Of a DNA stretch of 64,000 nt, positions 1 through 7,353 are shown in pieces. Position 1 is the first letter of the stretch; each line of letters opens with the position of its first letter. The notes under the pieces are model-generated. The model saw only the letters and a list, made by a program, of their open reading frames with translations. It did no database searches and was not told where the DNA came from. Source of the stretch: Candidatus Sulfomarinibacteraceae bacterium (GTDB lineage Bacteria; Acidobacteriota; Thermoanaerobaculia; Thermoanaerobaculales; Sulfomarinibacteraceae); the NCBI GenBank assembly GCA_963796455.1, contig CAWCLO010000001.1, positions 231,372 to 295,371 on the forward strand, read 5' to 3'. The translations under genes were made by a program, and so were the position numbers.

Positions 1-207
1 AACTCGGGGATCCTCTCACATTACTGGCGACGAGTTCTGTTCGTGGCGGCCATCGGTGCAGTGGTTGCTCTGGCGGACGATGTCCTGCAAATGAGTTTCG
101 GGCCGCAACCCGGCGCCTACCTGGTCTTCCTGGCGATCAACAATCTGATCACCTGGCTGTTGGCAGCGCTGGTGATCGGGTGGCGGATCAGGGCGGTTGG
201 CGACTGA
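1..207 (+). CDS. partial CDS (3' end) of a membrane protein, function unknown
   Basis: Frame 1 is open from the window edge to TGA at 205-207. The translation (...VLFVAAIGAVVALADD...YLVFLAINNLITWLLAALVIGWRIRAVGD) has two hydrophobic helix-like stretches. It is absent from the ORF track only because the start lies outside the window. Confidence 0.5.
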   Translation, partial: NSGILSHYWRRVLFVAAIGAVVALADDVLQMSFGPQPGAYLVFLAINNLITWLLAALVIGWRIRAVGD

Positions 208-242
208 AAACAGTCCGCTATCGAATCAGTTTGCGTGCGAGG

Positions 243-700
243 TGCGGAGCAGACGGCCATTGACCACTCGCTGGCGGGCGTGCTGCAAAGCTCCGCGGCC
301 CGGACATTCAAACGAAAAACGCCGCTTCCGCGGCGTTTGGAGTGAAGATGGTCGGGACGCGGAGATTCTGACACCGCGGCCGGCAGCGATTGTGGGAAAG
401 GTCGGATGCGGAGCAGACGGCCATTGACCACTCGCTGGCGGGCGTGCTGCAAAGCTCCGCGGCCCGGACATTCAAACGAAAAACGCCGCTTCCGCGGCGT
501 TTGAAGTGAAGATGGTCGGGACGCGGAGATTCTGACACCGCGGCCGGCAGCGATTGTGGGAGAGGTCGGATGCGGAGCAGACGGCCATTGACCACTCGCT
601 GAGCGGGCGTGCTGCAAATCTCCGCGGCCCGGACCATTCAAATGAAAAACGCCGCCGATTCGGCGGCGTTTGGAGTGAAATGGTCGGGACGCGGAGATTT
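243..700. repeat. 164-bp tandem repeat (two full units plus a third merging into the genuine tRNA-Pro 3' end)
   Basis: TGCGGAGCAGACGGCCATTGACC starts at 243, 407 and 571, giving an exact period of 164. Each unit carries the 19-nt tRNA 3' end TGGTCGGGACGCGGAGATT (349-367, 513-531, genuine copy 681-699) and a GC hairpin with a T-run. Confidence 0.9.
641..671 (-). terminator. rho-independent terminator 3' of tRNA-Pro
   Basis: On the minus strand, the hairpin AAACGCCGCCGAATCGGCGGCGTTT is followed by TTTTCATTT, immediately downstream of the tRNA. Near-identical hairpins sit at 315-338 and 479-502 inside the tandem units. Confidence 0.7.
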
Positions 701-757
701 GAACTCCGGACCCCCTGAACCCCATTCAGGTGCGCTACCAGGCTGCGCTACGTCCCG
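681..757 (-). tRNA. tRNA-Pro (anticodon GGG)
   Basis: Minus strand reads CGGGACGTAGCGCAGCCTGGTAGCGCACCTGAATGGGGTTCAGGGGGTCCGGAGTTCAAATCTCCGCGTCCCGACCA. It has a 7-bp acceptor stem, the T-loop GTTCAAATC, the anticodon loop AUGGGGU (GGG with G37) and an encoded CCA. Confidence 0.9.
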
Positions 758-1320
758 ACTCTTTCTTATTCTGTGTCTTACTCAGGCTCTTGAGTTCCAG
801 TGACATCTTGTCGATCTCGTCGCGGACATCGCGCAGGGTCGCGAGGAGTGGTTTTACGTCCTTCGAGGGTATCTTGTCAACCTCGGGTTTTGGCGACGGT
901 CTCTTTCTTGGGTGTCTTTCGGCGCGCGCTCGAGGTCTTGACCTTGCGTGAAGCCTCGGTTGGTTTCTCTTTCGCGACTTCGACGGGCTCCGGTTTCGGC
1001 GCCGCCTCGGGCTCGGGCTTTGCCTTCGGTGGGGCCTTTGTTTCTGCCACCGGTTTGGCCTTACTCAATCCATGGTGGCGATTTTTTACGCGCGCCGGCG
1101 ATGGTCAGTCCTTCGTCGAAGAGCAGGCGACGGATCTCTAGGATGAGCTCGACCTGTTCACGCGTATAGTTGCGCTGGCCGGTGCCGGTCTTGCCGGCCT
1201 CGAGCCGCTGGAACTCGGTTCCCCAGAAGCGCAACATGTAGGGCTGCACATTCGCCAGCTTGCAGACCTCGTTGAGCTTGAAGCTCTCCTTCCCGTCCGG
1301 AAGGACGGCTTATCAGGCAT
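735..1320 (-). pseudogene. MerR-family HTH regulator (LRFW-type), split over three reading frames
   Basis: SD GGAGG plus ATG at 1320 opens a frame that must shift after about 10 codons to read the HTH (FKLNEVCKLANVQPYMLRFWGTEF...RNYTREQVELILEIRRLLFDEGLTIAGARKK, ORF 1061..1249). A K/P/E/A-rich linker follows in a second frame (877..1068). A helical C-terminus (KPLLATLRDVRDEIDKMSLELKSL) lies in a third frame and runs into the tRNA. The junctions fall at A6, A4 and G-run homopolymers. Confidence 0.55.
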
Positions 1321-1348
1321 CCTCATCCTCCGATCCGGCGTACCAGGG

Positions 1349-3430
1349 TCAGGCGAGCTGCAGTCGTGACACGATGTGGCCGACCCAGGCCCCCGGCACC
1401 GGGACCTCGATATCGAGTTCGCGGACCTGGCCGCTTTCGACGATGGCACCCGTACCCTGGAGGCGGAGATGAAGCTGGTTGTCTTCGGCCTGGATATTGA
1501 CCTCGCGACCAGCTGCGGGTTCGATGGCGGCCGGCTCGACGGTTTCGATGATTTCAGGTTCCGCCGCTTCGCCCACTTCGATGATCTCAGGCTCCGCCGA
1601 TTCGACGACGGAAATATCTTCAACATCTGTCGCCTGAACATCGGGCTCGGCGAATGGATCAAAACCGCTCTCGACAACCGGTTCGGCCGGTCCGAGCTCA
1701 TTGATTGCCGCCGCAAGGTCATCCATCGGCAGGTTTTTATCTTCAACGCCGATTTCGCTGGAATCCTGGGCGAAGGCCGGCAAGTCGATGGGGGTCGCCT
1801 CGACCGCGGCCTCCGGCTCGATCGCCGCAATCGGTGCTGCAACCGCAGTATCGTCGTCACCCGGCATTTTGACCGCGGGCGCTTCAAAAAGTTCGGGAGA
1901 CAGAACGTGATTGTCGCCGGGCTGGGGAGCAAAGGGGCTCGGAGCATCGATCCGGTCCTCAAAGAAGTCCAGACCCGTGGGAACCTCGCTGACCGGCGGC
2001 GCTTCAGCAACCGGTTCAGGTTCCGGTACCTGGACAGGCGGTGGGTCAGCCGCCGGTGGCGCAGAGGCCTCCGGCCCCACGATCACATCGGTGAATGGAG
2101 GCTCCTCCTGAAACGGCTGAGCCGGAGCTCCCCCATCCGCTCCCGGGAAATCGAGTTCGAACATGTCGGGCTCGGGCTCGGGTTCGGATTCGAAGGCCGG
2201 TTCGGCCGGTTCTGGCGTCGCTGCCACCGCGTCCGGGGTGACCACATCGACGATGGGTTCCATCGGTGTCCCGGCGACGGAGACCTCGTCCACCGAGGGG
2301 GCCTGCATCTTGGGATCGGTCGGAATCTCTCCAAAAGGTTCCTCACCAAGAAGGCTTGCTGCGGCGTGAGCGGCTGCTTCAGAACCATCGCCGTAAACAT
2401 CGGTGTTGACCTCGTCCTCGAAGCCCTGCGCACCGCCTTGACCAAAGATCTCCGGACCCTGGGTCTTGGAAAAATCGGTGGTTTGGGCGCCAAGATCGGG
2501 AGAAAAAACGTCGCTGGCCGGCGGTGGCACGACTGGCGGCTGGGCGGGTGGAGGTGGTTCAGCCGGCGGCTGAACGGCCGGGGGTGGAGTTACCGGAGCC
2601 ACTGGCGGCGGAGCCTGCACCGGAGGCTGGGCGGCCGGCGGAGGAACAACCGCCTGCGGAGGCGGAGAGGCCGCCGGTGGAGTCACTGGTTGTTGCGGAG
2701 CCGGGGTCGGTCGATGGGGCGAAACCGGCGGCGGAGCCTGGACCGGCGTTGCAGCCGGAGGCGGCACGGACGGCACGCTGACCGGCGGCGAAGCGCTGGC
2801 GGGTGGGGGCGTAGCCTGAGGCCTGGCTCCCCCGGTCGCTCCCTCGTAGCGTTCGCGAAGACTGCGCATCACGAGTTTGACGATGCCCTCGAGAGTTTCC
2901 TGAACCCCAACGCCCTGGGTCGCCGTGGCCTCGAAAATCGGCATGGTGTAGCGATTGAGTTCGTGATTCATCTCCTCGACCGGGACGATGTCGCGGAGAT
3001 CACGTTTGTTGAATTGCAGCACCAACGGAAAACCATCGAGACTGATCCCCTGCAACAGCAGGTTTTCCTGGAGGTTTTTCAGGCTGTCGGCATTGGAGGT
3101 CTGCATCGCGCGCTGGGAGTCGGCCACGAAGACCACCCCGTCGGCGCCGCGAAGCACCAGCTGGCGGGTGGAGTTGTAGTGGACCTGACCGGGCACGGTG
3201 TACAGCTGAAGGGTCACATCCATGCCGCGGATGGCACCGATTTCGAGGGGCAGGAGGTCGAAGAAAATGGTCCGGTCGCCCTCAGTGGCGAGGGAAATCA
3301 TCTTACCCTTGTCGCCACCCTCGAAATGATCGTGAATCCACGCCAGATTGGTGGTCTTGCCACACAGACCAGGCCCGTAGTACACGATCTTTGCATTGAG
3401 TTTACGCAGTGCGTAGTTGAAGAAAACCAT
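1349..3430 (-). CDS. MglA-family Ras-like small GTPase fused to a ~490-aa Pro/Ala/Glu-rich low-complexity C-terminal extension
   Basis: The N-terminal ~195 aa align by eye with MglA: P-loop GPGLCGKTT, the MglA-type switch II YTVPGQ, and NKRD. The rest is PA-rich then acidic low complexity, ending in a short ordered segment (NQLHLRLQGTGAIVESGQVRELDIEVPVPG). Confidence 0.85.
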   Translation of the reverse strand: MVFFNYALRKLNAKIVYYGPGLCGKTTNLAWIHDHFEGGDKGKMISLATEGDRTIFFDLLPLEIGAIRGMDVTLQLYTVPGQVHYNSTRQLVLRGADGVVFVADSQRAMQTSNADSLKNLQENLLLQGISLDGFPLVLQFNKRDLRDIVPVEEMNHELNRYTMPIFEATATQGVGVQETLEGIVKLVMRSLRERYEGATGGARPQATPPPASASPPVSVPSVPPPAATPVQAPPPVSPHRPTPAPQQPVTPPAASPPPQAVVPPPAAQPPVQAPPPVAPVTPPPAVQPPAEPPPPAQPPVVPPPASDVFSPDLGAQTTDFSKTQGPEIFGQGGAQGFEDEVNTDVYGDGSEAAAHAAASLLGEEPFGEIPTDPKMQAPSVDEVSVAGTPMEPIVDVVTPDAVAATPEPAEPAFESEPEPEPDMFELDFPGADGGAPAQPFQEEPPFTDVIVGPEASAPPAADPPPVQVPEPEPVAEAPPVSEVPTGLDFFEDRIDAPSPFAPQPGDNHVLSPELFEAPAVKMPGDDDTAVAAPIAAIEPEAAVEATPIDLPAFAQDSSEIGVEDKNLPMDDLAAAINELGPAEPVVESGFDPFAEPDVQATDVEDISVVESAEPEIIEVGEAAEPEIIETVEPAAIEPAAGREVNIQAEDNQLHLRLQGTGAIVESGQVRELDIEVPVPGAWVGHIVSRLQLA

Positions 3431-3449
3431 GCGAATCCTTACACAAAGA

Positions 3450-4781
3450 CTATCTCTTTCGTCCCCTGATCATAACCCGGATTGGGACTCCGTCCAACCC
3501 GAGTGCCTTGCGGAGAACGTTCTCGAGATACCGCATATACGAGAAATGCGGCGGCTTCTGCAGGTTTGTGAAGAGGGCGAACTGAGGCGGCCCGTAGGCC
3601 GTCTGCGCGCAGTAATAGATTTTTGGCGCCTTGGTGCCGGCCATCGGGGGGGGACGAGAGTCCCAGGCGTCGCGCACCAGGCGATTGAGCTCGCTGGTGG
3701 AAATCCGGACCTTGAATGCCCGGTGAACCTCCCGCATGGCGGGAAAGAGCCGGTGAACACCTTTACCGTTAAGGGCGGAGAGATAGACCCTCGGTGAATG
3801 ACGCATGAATTTGAGGTTCTGCGCCACCTGGTCTTCGATCATCTGCCGTCCACGTTCCCGGTTGGTCACGAGGTCCCACTTGTTGACGACGAGGATCACG
3901 CCACGCCCGGCCTCCCAGGCATAGCCGCCGACATGCGCGTCCTGGTTGGTGATGCCCTCCGAAGCGTCGACCACAAGCAGGCAGAGATCGGCCCGTTCCA
4001 AATAGCGGCGAGCCATTACCACCGACAGCACTTCGGGACCACGATCGGTGCGGCCCTTACGCCGGATGCCGGCGGTGTCGACGAACTGATATCGCACACC
4101 GTCTTTTTCGAGCACCGTGTCGATAGCGTCCCGGGTCGTGCCTGAAATTTCGCTCACGAGCAGCCGTTCGTCGCCGAGCAGTCGATTGATCAGAGAGGAT
4201 TTCCCGACATTCGGCCGCCCGATGACGGCTGCGGGTATGTCTCCACCCTGTCCCTCACCTTCTGCAGCTTCGTCGAGGGGCGGCAGGTGGGGCTCGAGAG
4301 CATCCCACAAGGTGTCAAGCCCGGTGCCGTGCTCGGCCGAGATCACTGCCGGCGTGCCGAGTCCCAGGCGATGGAACTCGTGCGCCTGCAGATCCACGCC
4401 CTTGCGATCACCCTTGTTGACGACCGGGACCACCGGCACCTGCAGACCGCGGAGATAGTCGGCGATTTCGCGATCTTCCGGTATCGGACCGGCTGCGCCA
4501 TCGAGCAGGAAGATCACAACATCACCGTCGCGGATGGCCGATTCGGCCTGGCCCCGGATCAAGGGGATGAAGGTGTCTTCGTCCTCGAGGAGCAGACCGC
4601 CGGTATCGACCAGAGTGACGGTCCCGCCACCGGGTCGCTCGACTTCACCAAAGATTCGATCGCGGGTCACCCCCGGGAGATCATGGACCAACGATCTTCG
4701 GCTCCGGGTGAGCCGGTTGAAAAGGGTCGATTTGCCGACGTTGGGCCGGCCCACCACCACAACCACAGGTTGGCGGCTCAA
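3450..4781 (-). CDS. der: ribosome-associated GTPase Der (EngA)
   Basis: There are two tandem GTPase domains (GRPNVGKSTLFN and GRPNVGKSSLIN, each with NKxD) and a KH-like C-terminus. I chose the TTG start at 4781 (MSRQPVVVVVGRPNVGKS), which overlaps the upstream stop as TTGA. The ORF track extends to 4862. Confidence 0.9.
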   Translation of the reverse strand: MSRQPVVVVVGRPNVGKSTLFNRLTRSRRSLVHDLPGVTRDRIFGEVERPGGGTVTLVDTGGLLLEDEDTFIPLIRGQAESAIRDGDVVIFLLDGAAGPIPEDREIADYLRGLQVPVVPVVNKGDRKGVDLQAHEFHRLGLGTPAVISAEHGTGLDTLWDALEPHLPPLDEAAEGEGQGGDIPAAVIGRPNVGKSSLINRLLGDERLLVSEISGTTRDAIDTVLEKDGVRYQFVDTAGIRRKGRTDRGPEVLSVVMARRYLERADLCLLVVDASEGITNQDAHVGGYAWEAGRGVILVVNKWDLVTNRERGRQMIEDQVAQNLKFMRHSPRVYLSALNGKGVHRLFPAMREVHRAFKVRISTSELNRLVRDAWDSRPPPMAGTKAPKIYYCAQTAYGPPQFALFTNLQKPPHFSYMRYLENVLRKALGLDGVPIRVMIRGRKR

Positions 4782-5332
4782 ATCGGTTCCTCTTCGTCGG
4801 AACCTTCGACCTCGGGAACAGGTGTCTCCTGACTCATGATCGAACGCCCGACACAGATCCACCGGCCGTCCACCAACCTCATCTGGAGCAGGGTGTGCTG
4901 AATGGAGTTCTCGGTGTGGCCCTTTTCGATACCGTCGGCGGCGCCATAGCGGGTCACGTTCCAGACCTCGATCATCCGCACCGTCGAATTGACACCGCGA
5001 AACATGACGATGGTCTGGATATCGTGACCGACCAGCTCGGCATGGATCCGATCCCCGGTTTTCTGCAACAGGTCCTGGAGCAGCTTACGGACGGCGAGGA
5101 TCTCGTTGGGGCTGGCGATATCGTTCAATCCATTGGTGTCGAGGGTCGAGTAGGCCTTCGCCAGAGCAAAAAGATAGGTACGGGAGGCCTCTTCGAGCGC
5201 CGCGCGCTCTTCAGGACTGGGCTCCGAATCGTCACAACCCGCGGCGGCGAGCAACAGCACCGCCATGAGGATCGTGCTCAACAACTTGTGCGGCTTCACG
5301 GTCACCTCCAGGCACGCCCCGAGATCTTTCAC
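4778..5332 (-). CDS. hypothetical lipoprotein
   Basis: 184-aa ORF with a signal peptide and lipobox (LLLAAAGC). It is translationally coupled to der. The exact start is uncertain. Confidence 0.6.
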   Translation of the reverse strand: MKDLGACLEVTVKPHKLLSTILMAVLLLAAAGCDDSEPSPEERAALEEASRTYLFALAKAYSTLDTNGLNDIASPNEILAVRKLLQDLLQKTGDRIHAELVGHDIQTIVMFRGVNSTVRMIEVWNVTRYGAADGIEKGHTENSIQHTLLQMRLVDGRWICVGRSIMSQETPVPEVEGSDEEEPI

Positions 5333-5440
5333 GCGGAGGATAGCACTGCGCTGGCCTCGATTTGTCGGGGGCGGTAGACTCGGTCAATCAACCGGAAGCG
5401 GTCGAACCTGACGACCCGTTTCACAACGAGGTAGGTGCCT

Positions 5441-5740
5441 ATGACCGACAAGCTCAACATCAGCTGTCCGCATTGCGGTTCCCAGATCCGGATCGACACC
5501 GAGGCCGAGGTGGTTATCGACCACGAGCCGCCGCCGCGGATCACCGAGAAGGTGGGGTTTGACGAACGTCTGCAGCAGATAGAGGCCGAAAAAGACCGGG
5601 CCGCCGACAAAATGGCGGAGGCCATGCGCCGCGAAAAGGACAAGGAACGGTTGATGAAGGATCGGTTTTCGGAGCTTCTCAGCGATACCAAGAAAAAGGA
5701 CGACGGGTCGAAGCCGATCAAGGATATCGATTTGGACTAG
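5441..5740 (+). CDS. hypothetical small protein (N-terminal CPHC motif, K/E-rich helical tail)
   Basis: ATG at 5441 is preceded by GAGGTAGG. The translation is MTDKLNISCPHCGSQIRID... followed by a charged coiled-coil-like region. I recognise no family. Confidence 0.55.
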   Translation: MTDKLNISCPHCGSQIRIDTEAEVVIDHEPPPRITEKVGFDERLQQIEAEKDRAADKMAEAMRREKDKERLMKDRFSELLSDTKKKDDGSKPIKDIDLD

Positions 5741-5787
5741 TTCGGAGTTCGGAATTCGGAGTTCGGAGTTCGGAGTTCGGAGTTCCG
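5741..5787 (+). repeat. heptamer tandem array (TTCGGAG/TTCGGAA) x6.5
   Basis: It starts on the base after the TAG stop at 5738-5740 and reads TTCGGAG TTCGGAA TTCGGAG x4 TTCCG. Confidence 0.95.
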
Positions 5788-5886
5788 CTCAATGTTTCTC
5801 GAGGCGGTTGCCAGGATCACTGCGTCGTTGCCTGATGTCGTCGCTTCGCGGGTCGGACATCGGGCCGGGAATCGGTGGTAGCGGAT

Positions 5887-5921
5887 CGGAGAAACCGCAG
5901 ATCACGCAGATGAACGCAGAT
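5887..5921 (+). repeat. dispersed 35-nt motif CGGAGAAACCGCAGATCACGCAGATGAACGCAGAT
   Basis: An exact 35/35 reverse-complement copy lies at 45769-45803, and a degenerate copy at 45519-45553. Confidence 0.9.
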
Positions 5922-5990
5922 ATCAGATCGCAATAGGTGACGTGCAACCAAACCGATCACCGGAGCAACAGGCCCGCGAGCGCCGGAGGC

Positions 5991-6066
5991 GCGACAGATT
6001 ATTAGCCTGGGGCTCACGCTCCAGGTTTGGCGACCACACAAATTTATGAGCCCTGAAGGGGCGACA
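5991..6066 (+). repeat. dispersed ~76-nt element (GCGACAGA..AGCCTGGGGC..GAGCCCTGAAGGGGCGACA)
   Basis: A similar copy in reverse orientation lies at about 18431-18507. The alignment is by eye and contains several substitutions and indels. Confidence 0.7.
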
Positions 6067-6102
6067 CAAAAAAACCGCCCTCCCAGCTATGCGGGAGAGC
6101 GG
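6066..6102 (-). terminator. rho-independent terminator of the DsbA-like gene
   Basis: On the minus strand, CCGCTCTCCC-GCATAGCT-GGGAGGGCGG forms a 10-bp stem including one G-U pair, followed by TTTTTTTG. Confidence 0.75.
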
Positions 6103-6116
6103 TGGGGTGTTCCTTT

Positions 6117-6152
6117 TCGAAAATTCCGAATTCCGAATTCCGAATTCCGAAC
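6117..6152 (-). repeat. heptamer tandem array (TTCCGAA on plus strand, TTCGGAA in the sense of the minus-strand gene) x4
   Basis: Copies at 6124-6151 end 3 nt from the stop codon at 6155-6157. The array is the inverted partner of the one at 5741-5787. Confidence 0.95.
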
Positions 6153-6154
6153 TT

Positions 6155-7231
6155 CTACTCAGCAACCTCGTCGGCCGCCTCTTCGGGCTGTGGTTTCGGA
6201 GGAATCTCGATTCCGCGACGGGTGAGCTCTTCGTCGATCACCTTCTCAAAGGCCTCGATGGGCTGCGCACCGGTCAGAACCCGACCATTGATCAAGAATC
6301 CGGGTGTCCCGGTGATGCCAAAGCTCCGAGCCTCCATGGCATCGGCCCGCACCGTTTCGGCGTGGGTGCCCTGGTCGATGCACGCCCTGAAGAGATCGGT
6401 ATCCATCCCGATCTGCCCAGCCGCGGTCGACATCGCTTCGATATTGATCGCACGCTGGTTGGCAAAGAGCCAATCGTGAAGTTCCCAGAACTTGCCCTGA
6501 TCTCCCGCACAATGCGCTGCCTGGCCGGCCAGTTCCGCCTCGGCATGAATCGGCAGGGGAAGATCTTTGAACACGTGCTTGATCTGCCCTTCGTAGCGCT
6601 CGAGGAGGGCGGTGATGGTCGGTTGAACCCGGCTGCAGTAGGGACATTGATAGTCGGTGTACTCCACCAGGACAATCGGTGCATCGCTCGGACCCCGAAC
6701 CGGTGTGTCCTTGGTGATCTTGACGTCGACTCGCGGCGGATCGAGCAGTATCTCGACTCCGGCCGCGGCAAAAAGTTCCTTGCGCAGTTCTTCGCTCAGG
6801 GCAACTTGTTGCTGCTGCTGCAGTGCCTGGACCACCTGTTGCCGGGCCTGGTTGTCGTCCTGCGCGAGACGGTTGCGATACTGGGTCATGACCTTGACGA
6901 TCTCACCCTCGTCGGGTGGACCAACCTTGTCGGTGACGTTCTTCTTGATGTAGTCGGCGCTGGTGATGCCCTCCGCAGTCGCGGCCTTGGCGACCAACCG
7001 TTCGAAGATCTGGGCCTGAAGCCCGGCGATCTTGGCCTGATAGACCTGCTGCCGCAGGCTGACCAGGGAAGGACCGACCATCGCCTCGAGTTCCGTTGCA
7101 GTGATGACCTCGTCGCCGATTTTTGCGACCACCTCATCACCGGTCGACGCCTTGCCAGGTTCCTGCGCACAAGCGATCGAAGCAGCAAGTACCAGGAGGC
7201 ACCCGGCAAACGTCCATATCCATTTTTTCAA
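6155..7231 (-). CDS. DsbA-family thiol:disulfide oxidoreductase with an N-terminal SurA-like/coiled region (secreted)
   Basis: It has a CPYC active site in a thioredoxin-fold C-terminal half (VEYTDYQCPYCSRV...GTPGFLINGR). A TTG start at 7231 with GGAGGA upstream gives a signal-peptide N-terminus (KKWIWTFAGCLLVLAAS). The ORF track extends to 7327. Confidence 0.8.
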   Translation of the reverse strand: MKKWIWTFAGCLLVLAASIACAQEPGKASTGDEVVAKIGDEVITATELEAMVGPSLVSLRQQVYQAKIAGLQAQIFERLVAKAATAEGITSADYIKKNVTDKVGPPDEGEIVKVMTQYRNRLAQDDNQARQQVVQALQQQQQVALSEELRKELFAAAGVEILLDPPRVDVKITKDTPVRGPSDAPIVLVEYTDYQCPYCSRVQPTITALLERYEGQIKHVFKDLPLPIHAEAELAGQAAHCAGDQGKFWELHDWLFANQRAINIEAMSTAAGQIGMDTDLFRACIDQGTHAETVRADAMEARSFGITGTPGFLINGRVLTGAQPIEAFEKVIDEELTRRGIEIPPKPQPEEAADEVAE

Positions 7232-7353
7232 AACTGTTCCTCCGTTCTCCGTCGGCCGGATCGACATCCGGTTCGAGACGGCGTCTCCACTATGGCGGCA
7301 ATGCCACGGGAGGTCAATCTCAACCATGTAGAAGTAGGGTTAAAGCTGCCAGA

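Noticed and set aside
243-700. Possible CRISPR array, either here or in the heptamer arrays elsewhere.
   Set aside because: The 164-bp units are near-identical throughout, with no unique spacers. The 7-8 nt arrays are far too short and have no repeat-spacer alternation. No cas genes are in the window.
117-725. 202-aa minus-strand ORF, plus several 76-109 aa ORFs, across the tRNA-Pro tandem repeat.
   Set aside because: They simply translate the 164-bp repeat and the tRNA itself. The internal repetition mirrors the DNA repeat, and there is no plausible start context.
1-760. Integrated prophage or genomic island at tRNA-Pro.
   Set aside because: Repeated copies of the tRNA 3' end suggest att-like sites. 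However, no integrase, excisionase or phage gene is present in the window, and the sequence between copies is only 164 bp. I report this only as a repeat finding.
1376-3469. 697-aa plus-strand ORF antisense to the MglA-like gene. Similar long antisense ORFs include 6089..7432, 7606..9048, 22114..23205, 28443..29924, 44047..45624, 48364..49416, 53810..54955, 55913..57325 and 58975..60492.
   Set aside because: These are shadow ORFs typical of GC-rich DNA. Their translations are Arg/Gly/His/Pro-rich with no recognisable motifs. Each is fully overlapped by an opposite-strand gene with clear family signatures (MglA, DsbA, CarH, kinase, PhnD, AckA, M16, AddA/AddB).
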